A DNA stretch of 64,000 nucleotides from Salinispira sp. (GTDB lineage: Bacteria; Spirochaetota; Spirochaetia; DSM-27196; Salinispiraceae), in the NCBI GenBank assembly GCA_965602015.1, contig OZ271918.1, positions 1,728,001 through 1,792,000 of the forward strand, given 5' to 3'. The notes beneath the pieces were generated by a model. It made no database searches. It was not told where the DNA came from and worked only from the letters and a program-made list of their open reading frames with translations. A program made the translations under genes and the position numbers. Shown in pieces: positions 49,573 to 62,864 of the stretch; positions within the stretch are counted from its first letter, which is position 1, and every line of letters starts with the position of its first letter.

Positions 49573-50448
49573 ATGATTAACTTGACAAATGTCGGCTTCT
49601 CCTACGGGAAGAAATCGCCGTTATTTTCAGGCCTGAACTTCCGCATCGATTCCGGAGGTATTTACGGCCTGCTCGGGAAAAACGGCGCGGGCAAAACCAG
49701 CTTTTTGAAGCTGAGCACCGGCCTGCTGTTTCCCCAAACCGGCAGCTGTGAAGTCTTCCGCAGGCCCGCCCATGACCGCTCCCCTTCACAGCTTTCGCAG
49801 ATCGCCTTTGTGCCGGAGGAGTTTGAACTGCCGTCAATGAGCGCGGCGAAATATTTCGAGCTTCTGAAGGACTTCTATCCTGGCTTTGACGCCGACGCAT
49901 TGGAGGATTATCTCGGCCAGTTTGAACTGGAAGCGTCGAATCAGCTCAGTCAGATGTCCTTCGGTCAGCGCAAAAAAGCCCTTCTGGCCTTCGTCATCGC
50001 AAGCGGAGCAAAGCTGGTAGTCCTCGATGAACCGACAAACGGCTTGGACATTCCCGGAAAGCAGGCTCTTCGGAAGATCCTCGCCGGAGTGGCGGACGAA
50101 GAGCGGGCGTTTATCATCTCAAGCCATCAGGTGCGGGATGTGCAGAGTATTATCGATCCCATCGTCATTTTGGATGAAGGAACAGTGGTGTTTAATGCTG
50201 ACCTTGAGACAATCAACCGACGACTGGCAGTGGTCCGGGTGGCTGAGGATGAACTGCCGCCCGACTCCCTCGCCTGGCAGCCCGCTGTCGGCGGAATGTC
50301 GGTACTGGTTCCCCGGACCGGTGCATACCAATCCGCCGGAGGAGAAATCGACATCGAGCTTCTGTTCCAGGCGGTGACCGAAAATCACCGGGCAATCGAC
50401 CAGTTGTTCGCCGAAGAAACCGCCGGTGCAACAGGAGGCAGGGTATGA
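49573..50448 (+). CDS. ABC transporter ATP-binding protein
   Basis: GKNGAGKT, MSFGQ, LDEPT, SSH. Confidence 0.95.
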   Translation: MINLTNVGFSYGKKSPLFSGLNFRIDSGGIYGLLGKNGAGKTSFLKLSTGLLFPQTGSCEVFRRPAHDRSPSQLSQIAFVPEEFELPSMSAAKYFELLKDFYPGFDADALEDYLGQFELEASNQLSQMSFGQRKKALLAFVIASGAKLVVLDEPTNGLDIPGKQALRKILAGVADEERAFIISSHQVRDVQSIIDPIVILDEGTVVFNADLETINRRLAVVRVAEDELPPDSLAWQPAVGGMSVLVPRTGAYQSAGGEIDIELLFQAVTENHRAIDQLFAEETAGATGGRV

Positions 50449-51269
50449 ATTCAGTCAAACAAACAGTAATGAGAATATGGCAGTTAATGAAGCTCGAGGT
50501 GTACTCCCAAAAGCGCCGTATCTTCATCAGCGCTGCGGGAATTCTGGGAATATTTATTATACTTTCCCTTCTGTCGTGGTTATTTATGTCACCCGAAAGT
50601 TCGTTCGAACTCAACGGAACCGAAACGGAAAGTGGAGACAGCTATGGCCTGATTTTTATCATCTGGGCCCTGGTTCTCACCGCTGGAAGCTTTTTATCGC
50701 TTCATGCCAAAAGCCAGCAAATCGAATACCTGTTGCGGCCCGCATCCGGGGCGGAAAAAGTGGCTGCCAGCGTTCTTGTCACCACTGTGGGGTACTGGGC
50801 GCTTATGACCATCGGCTACCTTCTCAGCCTCCTGTTTTTGCAGCTGATGCGGTCGATTTTTGGCATTGAAGGCTCCCTCTTTCCCCGGGGATTTTTAGGA
50901 ACGAGTCTTCGCACACTGTACTCTTACCTGAGCATTCATGCTTTGGTGTTTTTCGCTGCGGTATATTTCAAGCGCAACGCCATCGGAAAGCTTTTGCTGT
51001 TTTCCGCCCTGGGCTTTTTTGCCCTGATGGTTCTCAACACCCTGGCAGCGCGGCTGATCTTCGCCCCGTATTTCGCCGATCCCGCATTGCTCGTGGGTAT
51101 TGAAACACGCCTCGGTTTTTATGATAGCTTCACACCCATCGACTTTATCCAGCAGCAGCTCGGCATTGATCTGCAGCAGGTTTATGATCTACGCCATGTT
51201 TTCGCCGCCGTCTGGATTGCCGTTCTTTGGGGCTTGAGCTGGCTGCGGTTGAGAGAGACAGAGGTCTAG
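50445..51269 (+). CDS. ABC-2-type permease
   Basis: About 6 TM, LLRPASGAEK; coupled to the ATPase. Confidence 0.8.
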   Translation: MNSVKQTVMRIWQLMKLEVYSQKRRIFISAAGILGIFIILSLLSWLFMSPESSFELNGTETESGDSYGLIFIIWALVLTAGSFLSLHAKSQQIEYLLRPASGAEKVAASVLVTTVGYWALMTIGYLLSLLFLQLMRSIFGIEGSLFPRGFLGTSLRTLYSYLSIHALVFFAAVYFKRNAIGKLLLFSALGFFALMVLNTLAARLIFAPYFADPALLVGIETRLGFYDSFTPIDFIQQQLGIDLQQVYDLRHVFAAVWIAVLWGLSWLRLRETEV

Positions 51270-51270
51270 T

Positions 51271-51642
51271 ATGGATTTTACCCAAGGCTCATCGATTTAT
51301 GAGCAGATAATGGAGCATGTACAGGTGTACGTAATAAGCGGCAAGTGGAATGGCGGAGACCGGGTTCCCTCGGTCCGCGATATGGCGGTGAGGCTCGGGG
51401 TGAACCCCAACACCGTCCAGCGGTCATACGCCCTGCTGCAGGATGAGGGGATTCTGGAAAACCGGCGGGGAATCGGCTACTTCATTGCCGACGCAGCTGA
51501 TCAAAAATCCCGAACACGGATGAAGGACGAGTTCATAAGCAGCGTCCTGCCCTGGCTCAAAAAACGCCTCGATCTGCTTGAAATAAGCAGCGAGGAACTC
51601 GGGGCTATGCTCGATGATTACAAAGCTCAACAAGGAGAATGA
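51271..51642 (+). CDS. GntR family regulator (YtrA subfamily)
   Basis: IYEQI, PSVRDMA, VNPNTV, RGIGYF; 123 aa. Confidence 0.92.
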   Translation: MDFTQGSSIYEQIMEHVQVYVISGKWNGGDRVPSVRDMAVRLGVNPNTVQRSYALLQDEGILENRRGIGYFIADAADQKSRTRMKDEFISSVLPWLKKRLDLLEISSEELGAMLDDYKAQQGE

Positions 51643-51644
51643 GA

Positions 51645-51752
51645 ATGAAAAAATGGACAAATACAATTTTAGCCGGCTTGTTTGTCGCGGCGTTTGTGGT
51701 TTCGACTATTGTGATGATTATTGTCCGCACTCGGTTGGACGCGGCGCTGTAA
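51645..51752 (+). CDS. 35-aa single-TM peptide (not in ORF track)
   Basis: AAGGAG RBS; MKKWTNTILAGLFVAAFVVSTIVMIIVRTRLDAAL. Confidence 0.55.
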   Translation: MKKWTNTILAGLFVAAFVVSTIVMIIVRTRLDAAL

Positions 51753-51786
51753 GGCCAGTAGTAAAACCGCCCTTCGGATATTAGAT

Positions 51787-51814
51787 GGCGGGATGTCCTC
51801 TCGGACATCCCGCC
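51787..51814. terminator. Hairpin between convergent operons
   Basis: GGCGGGATGTCC-TCTC-GGACATCCCGCC. Confidence 0.7.
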
Positions 51815-51848
51815 GTTTATTGTGTGGGGGCAGACACTTAACCGGTTT

Positions 51849-54643
<2,795 letters not shown>

Positions 54644-54808
54644 TGGGAGCTCCTAAACCTGATAGTAATACTAAACGATAATCAGAAATAGTACCAATTG
54701 ATTCTAACTCTTGGTGCATAGAGAAAATCTATAGTCTACCCGTTCTAACGCGGTCCTGGACGCCGCCGGTCTCTGCCGTGGGGCAGGCTTGCCGGTTGCG
54801 GCGGCAGA

Positions 54809-56761
54809 TCAGTCGGAAACGATCAGGTAACCGTAACCGGGTATCGCTGCCTGCGCCGTGGTCTCGTTTTCCCGAGTTGTGCCCAACTCCCCATCTCCCG
54901 CAAGCACTTCGCCGGCTTCAAGCCGACCGCTCCATGTGGACCCGGAAAAATTCACATATACCCGCAGACTTTGGGCATCTCCTCCCCTGCGGTAATATCG
55001 GCGAAAGGCATACACGCTCGGGTCGGGATTAGGGATATCCGAAAAGCCGCCGTATCGCAGGGCCGGAGTTGAATTTCGCAGGCGTATCAATCGGCGGTAA
55101 TGCTCCAGCATTGAGTTTTCGTTACCAATTTGGGATGCCACGTTCACCACCGTCCAGTCCGGACTAAGCGCCCGGTAGGGAACCACATCGCTAAATCCCC
55201 CATGGGGAGCGTCGGACCATTGCATCGGGCTTCTCAGTGAATAGTCACGCTGGAGTGAATTTTGACTGGTCATGCCGATCTCCTCGCCGTAATACACAAA
55301 GGGCACTCCCGGGATGGTCAGCAGCACCGCAGCAGCGCTTCGGGCCTTTCCCCGATTCCCCGCAAATCGATGAACCGGACGAAGCCCAGCAAACAGATCG
55401 TGGTTACTGAGAAACGGCGCGAGCACCGAGCCCCTGGTCCCCGAAGGATCCAGGCCGTCAAGCTGCATAAGCGCGGTCAGCATCCGCGAAGTCTCTTCGG
55501 CGTTTCCCCGGTCTATCATATCCAGCAAAAAGTGATTGGCACCGAAGGCAAAGCCCGAATGAAACTGGCGCTCATTGATGTATGCCGGATCCTGGTTTTC
55601 GCAGATGAGGAAGATATTGTCGTATTGATCAGCAATCTCCCGGTATCGGGCATAGTAGCGGTGGTTATCGCTCTGATAGCCCACATTACCCGGTCCGTTT
55701 TCGATAAGATGGTGAACCGCGTCGAAGCGGAATCCGTCCACTCCGGCATTGAGCCAGAACCGGAACACGTCCTGAAGATAATGTTCAACCGATGGATTAC
55801 GGTAGTTCCAGTCCGGCATACCTGACCAGAACGAACCGAAGTAATAGCCGTCCCCCCGCCGATGCCAGGCATCCTCGGCTGCATCAGGCGCCGACCATTT
55901 CCCCGGGTAGCTGTGTTCCCAGACAAACCAGTCGCGGTATGGAGAATGGGGGCCCCGGGCCGAATCGACAAAAAACGGGTGGCTGTCCGAGCAGTGATTA
56001 ACCACAAAATCAAGTATCACCCCCATACCTAGATTGTGGGCCGAGTCTACAAGCTCAAAAAAGTCATCGAAATTTCCGTAATCATCTTCGATATCAAAGT
56101 AGTCGATGGTGGCATATCCGTGGTCGTTGTCCGATGATTCAAGAATGGGCAGCATCCAAATGCCGCCGATTCCCAACTCCTTGAGATACGGCAGCCGCTC
56201 AATCAATCCCCTGAGGTCCCCGTGGCCGTCGCCGTCGGAGTCTGAAAAACTGCGGACAAAAACCTGATAAAACACTGCGCCGCGCCACCAATCGGCTGGC
56301 AGGACGGACTCCCGAGCCTCCACGGCCACCTGGGGTTCATAGCTTCGCTGCGCCCAGCCGCTGATGGCGCTTGGCCGGTACAGGGCAACCCGGCCGTCCT
56401 CATTATGAGAGACTATATTAACGTAACTGAGGCGGTCCGGCGGCAGCTGTCCTGAAAGCGAAATGCGGCTGGCAGCGAAGCTGTCGCCCCATTTCTCCGC
56501 CCCGAGCCAAAACTCCAGGGCATCGGCCGGACCGGGCAGCGGCCCCGGGCTTATCATCGCCTGATGTGTCCATCCTCTTCCCGCCGGAGGGGTAAAGAGC
56601 AGGGAGACTGCTTCGCGGTTTTTTTCCGTCACTATAATAAAATTATCGCGAAGCGGTTCAACAATGACAGCCGGCGGGGAGCTGACGCAAGATGAAACAA
56701 GCAACCCGGCCCAAAGAACGACGACGAAGAGGTTTCCAGTGCTTTTCATGTACGTCTCCAT
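54809..56761 (-). CDS. GH13 alpha-amylase family lipoprotein
   Basis: DFVVNH, DGFRFDAV, SNHD, YYGEEIG; lipobox VSSC. Confidence 0.92.
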   Translation of the reverse strand: METYMKSTGNLFVVVLWAGLLVSSCVSSPPAVIVEPLRDNFIIVTEKNREAVSLLFTPPAGRGWTHQAMISPGPLPGPADALEFWLGAEKWGDSFAASRISLSGQLPPDRLSYVNIVSHNEDGRVALYRPSAISGWAQRSYEPQVAVEARESVLPADWWRGAVFYQVFVRSFSDSDGDGHGDLRGLIERLPYLKELGIGGIWMLPILESSDNDHGYATIDYFDIEDDYGNFDDFFELVDSAHNLGMGVILDFVVNHCSDSHPFFVDSARGPHSPYRDWFVWEHSYPGKWSAPDAAEDAWHRRGDGYYFGSFWSGMPDWNYRNPSVEHYLQDVFRFWLNAGVDGFRFDAVHHLIENGPGNVGYQSDNHRYYARYREIADQYDNIFLICENQDPAYINERQFHSGFAFGANHFLLDMIDRGNAEETSRMLTALMQLDGLDPSGTRGSVLAPFLSNHDLFAGLRPVHRFAGNRGKARSAAAVLLTIPGVPFVYYGEEIGMTSQNSLQRDYSLRSPMQWSDAPHGGFSDVVPYRALSPDWTVVNVASQIGNENSMLEHYRRLIRLRNSTPALRYGGFSDIPNPDPSVYAFRRYYRRGGDAQSLRVYVNFSGSTWSGRLEAGEVLAGDGELGTTRENETTAQAAIPGYGYLIVSD

Positions 56762-56799
56762 TGACAGAATAGCAATTTGTAGTACAATCCATACTACAA
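56761..56799 (+). promoter_or_regulatory. Promoter with palindromic operator between divergent amylase and trmB
   Basis: TTGACA-16-TACAAT overlapped by TTGTAGTA-N7-TACTACAA. Confidence 0.7.
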
Positions 56800-56820
56800 T
56801 CGGTTTTGGGAGCGGTCAAG

Positions 56821-57621
56821 GTGCAAAAAATAATTGAACAGCTGCAAGCCCTCGGATTTTCCCGGATTGAGGCGCAGGTCTATTGCGATCTTGTGGTCCA
56901 TGGTAAATCAAACGGTTCGCAGCTGGCAAAAAAGATTAATATTGCCCGCTCGAGCGTGTACTCTGCTCTGGATCAGCTATACGCCAGGGGAATAGTGGAA
57001 CAGACGCCGGGGGAAACCCGGGAGTTTATTGCCCGCAACCCCGCGGAGCTCTTCCCGGCATTGGGAAGAAGACTACAGGAAACCGCAGGGCACATAGGCG
57101 AAAGCCTTGCCGCCCTTCACCGCCCGCCCGAGGAATCCCTTTTTATCAATATGAGCTCCCCGGAGGCCATGGAAGAACGGATAGGAGACATAATCCGCAA
57201 TAGCCAAAATGAATTGTACATCAACTGCGCAGGCAGTTTCTCCCGCTTCTATCCCGAATTACGGGATGCAGCGCATAGGGGCGTGGGCATTTGGATTTTT
57301 ACCTTTGATTCCCTGCCTGAGGCCGATTTCCCCTGCCGCATCTACGACAGGCCGCTACCGGACCCATGCATTGTCAGGCGGGTCATGCTTGTGGCCGATA
57401 TGAAACGGGGCCTGTTGGCCAGCGGTCCCCGGGGAGGCGAACTTTCGGGCACCTACTCGGAGAATCCCCTCTTCGTTTCGGTTTTGGCCGAGCATATTCA
57501 CCACGATATTTATCTTTACCGATTGCGCGAGCAATACCAGACTGACGTCGTCACACCGGGCATCCTGTTGGGAAGCCGGCTTGAACGGCGCGAGAAAGGA
57601 GAGAACTGTTATGAACAGTGA
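56821..57621 (+). CDS. TrmB-family transcriptional regulator
   Basis: LGFSRIEAQVY, IARSSVYSAL, HIHHDIY; GTG start after GGGAG. Confidence 0.88.
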   Translation: MQKIIEQLQALGFSRIEAQVYCDLVVHGKSNGSQLAKKINIARSSVYSALDQLYARGIVEQTPGETREFIARNPAELFPALGRRLQETAGHIGESLAALHRPPEESLFINMSSPEAMEERIGDIIRNSQNELYINCAGSFSRFYPELRDAAHRGVGIWIFTFDSLPEADFPCRIYDRPLPDPCIVRRVMLVADMKRGLLASGPRGGELSGTYSENPLFVSVLAEHIHHDIYLYRLREQYQTDVVTPGILLGSRLERREKGENCYEQ

Positions 57622-59473
57622 GTTTTACCAAGGCGTCGGACAACATCGGCGCGGCATGTTTTTACAGGTTGCAGGGGGGGTATTCCTGGTCCTGATAATG
57701 GCGGTCAGCGGCTGCGCAAGCCTGCCCGACCCCCTCCCCCTGAGCTACGGCGAAACAACGCCTTCCATACCCGCCGAGGTTCCCCGGTTCAGCTGGGACA
57801 ACGCCACCGTGTATTTTGTCATAACCGACCGTTTTTACAACGGGGATCCGAGCAATGACTTCAGCTACGGCAGATTCCAGGACGGCGACCAGGAAATCGG
57901 CACCTTCAACGGCGGCGATCTGGCGGGGCTGACCAAGAAGCTCAATGAGGGGTATTTCACCGAGTTGGGCGTGGATGCCATCTGGATTACGTCCCCCCTT
58001 GAGCAAATCCATGGCTGGGTCGGAGGCGGCAACGGTTCGTTCGCCCATTTCGCCTACCACGGGTATTACCACAAGGATTTCACGCAGATCGATGCCAACA
58101 TGGGAAGCGAAGAGGATTTCGCCGAGTTCGTCGATACGGCTCACAGCCGGGGAATCCGCGTAGTCCTTGACGTGGTGCTCAATCACCCGGGTTACAACAG
58201 CGTCCGGGATATGATTGAGTTTGATTTCGGCGGATGGAAGGGCGATCCCCTTCCTGCGGATTGGGTGCCCCAAAACGGCAACTGGCACAGCCATCACGAT
58301 TTTATCGACTACTCCGGCAGCGTTGACCAGTGGGCACGATGGTGGGGACCTCAGTGGATACGGGCCGGACTTCCGGGCTACACCCCGGCGGGCAGCGACG
58401 ACCTGACAAACAGCGTCGGTCTTCTGCCGGATTTTAGGACCGAGTCCAGCACAGCGGTCGACCTTCCGGTCTTCCTGTTGGAAAAAGCCGCGGCGGGAAA
58501 CAGCGGTGTTGAGCCGATTGAGGGTTTCACTGTTCGGGACTACCTCATCCACTGGCTCGTCGAGTGGGTAGAAAAATATGGAATCGACGGTTTCCGGGCC
58601 GACACTGCCAAGCATGTGGAGCTGGATGCCTGGAATGAACTCAAAACAGAAGCCCAGGCTGCGTTTGACCGGTGGAAGGCCGCTAATCCCGACAAGGTTA
58701 TCGATGACACTGATTTCTGGATGACCGGGGAGGTTTTCAGCCAGGGCGTTAACCGCAACAGCTATTTCGACAACGGTTTTGACTCGCTGATCAATTTTGA
58801 GTTTCAGATGGCCGCAGACCGGGCGATAGACACCAACGGCGTCATTGACGGCGAAATGCTCGACCCGCTCTATACTCGTTATGCGGAAAGCATCAACAGC
58901 GACCCCGGGTTTAATATGCTCTCGTACATCAGCAGCCACGATACGGTTCTGTTCAACGATACGACGGTGAGCAATAACGGCTACCGGGTCAACGGTAGAG
59001 CCACATCCGCCGAACGGCAGAAGGCTGCGGGGACGGTGTTGCTCATGGCGCCCGGGGCGGTTCAGATCTTCTACGGCGATGAAATCGGCCGTAAATACGG
59101 CCGCTACCTGGTCGGCGACGCGGGCCAGGGCACCCGGACTCCAATGGATTGGGATGCCATCGACGAGGAAATCCTCGAGCACTGGCAAAAGCTCGGTCAG
59201 TTCCGCAACCGGCATATCGCCGTCGGCGCAGGGGTACACCAGGCTATTGAGGTAAGAAACGCCGGGTATGCCTTCGCCCGCAGCTGGTACGGCCTTGACT
59301 CGGTCGTGGTGGTCACCGGAGCCCAGGGTCCTTTGCGGGTTCCCGTGGGTCAGATCTGGGCGGACGGAACGGTCCTCCGGGACTTTTACTCTGGTGAAAC
59401 AGCTGTGGTTGAAAACAGCCAGGTATCATTCACGGCAGCTAGCGGAACTCTGCTTATTGAGACCGGGGAATAA
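57611..59473 (+). CDS. GH13 alpha-amylase (MalS-like) lipoprotein
   Basis: DVVLNH, DGFRADTAKHV, GEVF, SSHD. Confidence 0.92.
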   Translation: MNSEFYQGVGQHRRGMFLQVAGGVFLVLIMAVSGCASLPDPLPLSYGETTPSIPAEVPRFSWDNATVYFVITDRFYNGDPSNDFSYGRFQDGDQEIGTFNGGDLAGLTKKLNEGYFTELGVDAIWITSPLEQIHGWVGGGNGSFAHFAYHGYYHKDFTQIDANMGSEEDFAEFVDTAHSRGIRVVLDVVLNHPGYNSVRDMIEFDFGGWKGDPLPADWVPQNGNWHSHHDFIDYSGSVDQWARWWGPQWIRAGLPGYTPAGSDDLTNSVGLLPDFRTESSTAVDLPVFLLEKAAAGNSGVEPIEGFTVRDYLIHWLVEWVEKYGIDGFRADTAKHVELDAWNELKTEAQAAFDRWKAANPDKVIDDTDFWMTGEVFSQGVNRNSYFDNGFDSLINFEFQMAADRAIDTNGVIDGEMLDPLYTRYAESINSDPGFNMLSYISSHDTVLFNDTTVSNNGYRVNGRATSAERQKAAGTVLLMAPGAVQIFYGDEIGRKYGRYLVGDAGQGTRTPMDWDAIDEEILEHWQKLGQFRNRHIAVGAGVHQAIEVRNAGYAFARSWYGLDSVVVVTGAQGPLRVPVGQIWADGTVLRDFYSGETAVVENSQVSFTAASGTLLIETGE

Positions 59474-59501
59474 CAAGCTACTATCCGTATAGCCAGGTAT
59501 T

Positions 59502-59536
59502 ACCGGAGCCCGAAGCTGGGCTCCGGTTTTTTTTTT
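59502..59536 (+). terminator. Intrinsic terminator
   Basis: ACCGGAGCCC-GAAGCT-GGGCTCCGGT followed by a T-run. Confidence 0.85.
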
Positions 59537-59595
59537 GATTCTTGCCCTGAATGGTTTGTTGAATTATTATTCAATTAAGATTCAGGAGGCATCAG

Positions 59596-60315
59596 GTGAG
59601 CAAAGCGACCCGTGACAAGGCTGTGGATTCGGATTTCGAGACCGAAGGACTGCCGCAGGAGTACGCGCCCAGTGAAATCCGCTACAGCGCCGGAGGCGCA
59701 GTGGAAGAAATCCTCAACAGCATTTCCCATTCGATTGGAGCGGGCATGGCAATTGCCGGGCTTGTGGTTCTCATCCTCCTGACCGCGGAAAATCCCGATC
59801 CATGGAAATACCTGGGCTTCAGCGTCTACGGGGCAACCCAAATACTGCTGTACCTGTCTTCAGCCCTGTTGCACGGCTTTGCGCCCTACCCCCGAGTGAG
59901 AACCTATCTGGCCAGACTTGATCATGCGGCGATATACCTGCTGATTGCCGGAACCTATACCCCCCTCTCGCTTATCATTCTGAGGGGAACTCAGGGATGG
60001 CTGATGTTCGCCATCGTGTGGGCTTTGGCGCTTTTCGGAATCATTATGAAAGTTTGGATCCTGAAGAAGCCCACGGTGTACATTGACGCCCTGTATTTAC
60101 CCATGGGTTGGCTGATTCTGCTGTTCGGCAGGGCCTTTCTGCAGGCTGCTCCTGCAGGATTCATACTGTGGGCGGTCATCGGCGGAGTGAGCTACAGCCT
60201 GGGCTTTATCTTCTATGCCTGGCAGAGGCTGAAATTCAGCCATCTGATTTGGCATATGTTCGTGCTCGCCGGAAGCATTTCCTTTTATTTGGGCTACTCG
60301 ATTTTTGTAACCTGA
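59596..60315 (+). CDS. Hemolysin III / PAQR membrane protein (second paralog)
   Basis: LDHAAIYLLIAGTYTP, HLIWHMF. Confidence 0.9.
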   Translation: MSKATRDKAVDSDFETEGLPQEYAPSEIRYSAGGAVEEILNSISHSIGAGMAIAGLVVLILLTAENPDPWKYLGFSVYGATQILLYLSSALLHGFAPYPRVRTYLARLDHAAIYLLIAGTYTPLSLIILRGTQGWLMFAIVWALALFGIIMKVWILKKPTVYIDALYLPMGWLILLFGRAFLQAAPAGFILWAVIGGVSYSLGFIFYAWQRLKFSHLIWHMFVLAGSISFYLGYSIFVT

Positions 60316-60316
60316 G

Positions 60317-61240
60317 CTATTGGACCCGATAGCTCAAGGACAACCAGGGTATGGGGATTTCCAGGAGCTGGGGTCCGAACTCGTCAAAGGTAATCACCGT
60401 GAGCGCTCCAATATCCCAGCTGAAGCGGTTACCCACAATGCGGAATCCTAGCCCCACTATACCCGCACCGCTGTTCCAGCGGCCCTCATTGCTTCCCAGG
60501 AAGAACCAGTTCTCATTGATAAACGCCAAGGTCGAGGTAATGACCCGCTTTCCGCCCAGAGTTGCGGCGACTCCCTGTATACCGATGCTCCTGTCGGGGA
60601 AACCGATAATGACGCCGGTTCCGCCGGTGATGTTATTATCCTCGCTGCCTCCGGATGCCAGGGCATACGGCATTATCGCCGGGCTGAGATCATCAAAAAA
60701 ATCACCGGTCCAGTCGAAAATAAACAGCCCGCCGGCGGATACCGCAAACTGTGAGCCCACAGGCTGGGAAAACCGCCCGCTGATCATACCGGCGAACGGC
60801 GACACCGCACCCCATAGCGACATTCTGTCGCTGAGTCCGTAGCTCGATGTGATGACAATTATTTCCTGGGCGGCAACGTGGAAATCGCCGGCACCCATGG
60901 GGAAGGCCGTCGGCAGGAAGAGGAGCCGGTTGGAGACCGAATCCTGATAGAACTGTCTAGGGTCGCTTTCTTCGAGTATTACCGTCATGGTTTCGACCAT
61001 TTCGCTATTGATTAGAAGGTATTGGCCGTCGGGACTCAGGAGCTCCAAGCGCTCCCCAGTCGCCATGGTAAGGGTACCCTGAAAGCTCGCCCCGGATTCG
61101 GTTTCTACCCGTACCGGTTTGCCGAGATATTCTGTATACAGGTCCGCACTTCGGCCATTGGAAATTATCAGGTCCTCCCCGCTGACCGGGATTAGAAAAA
61201 ACGACAGCAATACTACACAGAGAATAATTCGACGTTTCAT
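60317..61240 (-). CDS. Secreted protein, possible outer-membrane beta-barrel
   Basis: Signal peptide, amphipathic beta pattern, C-terminal LSLSYRVQ. Confidence 0.6.
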   Translation of the reverse strand: MKRRIILCVVLLSFFLIPVSGEDLIISNGRSADLYTEYLGKPVRVETESGASFQGTLTMATGERLELLSPDGQYLLINSEMVETMTVILEESDPRQFYQDSVSNRLLFLPTAFPMGAGDFHVAAQEIIVITSSYGLSDRMSLWGAVSPFAGMISGRFSQPVGSQFAVSAGGLFIFDWTGDFFDDLSPAIMPYALASGGSEDNNITGGTGVIIGFPDRSIGIQGVAATLGGKRVITSTLAFINENWFFLGSNEGRWNSGAGIVGLGFRIVGNRFSWDIGALTVITFDEFGPQLLEIPIPWLSLSYRVQ

Positions 61241-61354
61241 GGCATCTCCTATCAGCCCGCTTATGTACTATATACCTGTACAAAAAAAGGAGCTACTGCG
61301 GTAAGAGCATTATTACGCAAGTAAAAATCGCTCCGCGGCATTACAATAGAAGGT

Positions 61355-62251
61355 ATGAATCCATCTGCCACACGCACCCTGACTGCCGTCGCTTATTTGA
61401 TAAGTTTCGCCTTCTTTTTTCCGGCCCCGGCCTTTCCGGAGGTGTTTGCGCCGCCTTTGTTTGATCTTTCCCCGCGGCATGAGAGCGGGCAATACTTTTT
61501 CCTGTCGTTAGATAAGTATATTACCCAACTCGAGGCGCAGCTTCCTGCAGAGAGCGCCGGGGATTCCCAATCGCCGCCTGGGGAAGCTGAGTATTCATGG
61601 TTGTATAATGTGGGCGGAGAACTGGAACTATTTTCCGGAAATCTTGCCCTTGACGGACCTGAACTGGTCTTCGACCTGCGGGCGTGGCTGGCATTCCTCA
61701 GCTCGCAGTCGCCTTTGGGCTACTGGAACTTTTTGGCGTCGGCATTCCATTCGGAGCTCCGGCCCAGGCTCGGCATTCACTTTAAGAATAAGAGCGTATT
61801 GTCGACATACTTCCGCCATTCATGTAAGCACGATCTTGATCAGTTCCGCAGGCTTGTCATTTATCAGCATATCGGCATGGGCCTTGAAATGCCGATTGTG
61901 GCAGCTGACCGCAGACTGCTGCCCCGTATGACCGCGGGGTTTGATATTGAGTATCGCCTGCCGGCAATCCTCCCTGATCAGCCCGAGGTCCCGGGGTTGC
62001 TGCCTCTGCGAATAGCCGGCGAAGCAGAGCTGCTGCGCTTTTCGGATGTAACCGGGCTGTGGGCCAGGGTCTATGGGTATTTCCCGGGCTTTGCCGTTCC
62101 GGATTACGCCCTTAGTCTGGGCTACCGCTGGGGCAAGTGGAGTGTGTACGCCAGCGTTGAGCGAATCAGCGACCCGCTCATCAGCTTCGAAAATCCCGGA
62201 CTCCGCATCATTTCACTGGGGATCCATCTCGATGGAATGCCGGGACGGTAA
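61355..62251 (+). CDS. Hypothetical exported protein, possible beta-barrel
   Basis: Signal-like N-terminus, aromatic-rich strands, HSCKHDLD. Confidence 0.55.
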   Translation: MNPSATRTLTAVAYLISFAFFFPAPAFPEVFAPPLFDLSPRHESGQYFFLSLDKYITQLEAQLPAESAGDSQSPPGEAEYSWLYNVGGELELFSGNLALDGPELVFDLRAWLAFLSSQSPLGYWNFLASAFHSELRPRLGIHFKNKSVLSTYFRHSCKHDLDQFRRLVIYQHIGMGLEMPIVAADRRLLPRMTAGFDIEYRLPAILPDQPEVPGLLPLRIAGEAELLRFSDVTGLWARVYGYFPGFAVPDYALSLGYRWGKWSVYASVERISDPLISFENPGLRIISLGIHLDGMPGR

Positions 62252-62339
62252 TGCTGTATTCGCCCTGATGCTCAAACGCCGGCGGACCGGCCTTTTGAAA
62301 CGCGGTCCCGGTCCCATGGCGCCGGGCGACAGTTCGGTG

Positions 62340-62864
62340 CTATTCGCTCAGGCGCTGGATGAGTAACCGATTATAATCCGGAATATCCTCCACCACCCTT
62401 CCCCATACGATGTTCCCGTCAATAAGCGCCGCTTCATCAACCCATTGGGCTCCCGCATGAATCATATCGTCCTTAATGCCGAGAGAGCCGGTCGCCTTGC
62501 GCCCTTTGACTATGCCCGCGCTTGCTGCCGACCATCCGGCGTGACAGATAAAACCCAGGACCTTTCCCTGAGAGTCAAGCTCTTGAATAAGGCTTTTATA
62601 TTCTTCCACCCGCCTGAGCTTGTCGGGTGCCCATCCGCCGGGAACCAGAAGCGCATCAAGCTGGTCTGCGCTAAAATCCCCCGGACCAAACTCGGCTTCA
62701 GCCGTCATACCCCCGTGTTTGCCCTGATACACATCGCCGGCAGCCAGTCCCATAACCTTGATGTCCGCTCCCTCTTCTTTTACCCGCATGTAGACCGCCC
62801 AGAACTCGAGCTCTTCGAAGCCGGGTCCCACAAGCATGCCGACGGTTTTTCCGCGTAATTTCAT
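62340..62864 (-). CDS. PfpI/DJ-1 family protein
   Basis: FEELE, PGGWAPD, ICHAGW. Confidence 0.92.
   Translation of the reverse strand: MKLRGKTVGMLVGPGFEELEFWAVYMRVKEEGADIKVMGLAAGDVYQGKHGGMTAEAEFGPGDFSADQLDALLVPGGWAPDKLRRVEEYKSLIQELDSQGKVLGFICHAGWSAASAGIVKGRKATGSLGIKDDMIHAGAQWVDEAALIDGNIVWGRVVEDIPDYNRLLIQRLSE

Noticed and set aside
57662..59239. 525-aa antisense ORF (also 48405-49319 and 36779-37651)
   Set aside because: Shadow frames of well-supported genes in GC-rich coding DNA
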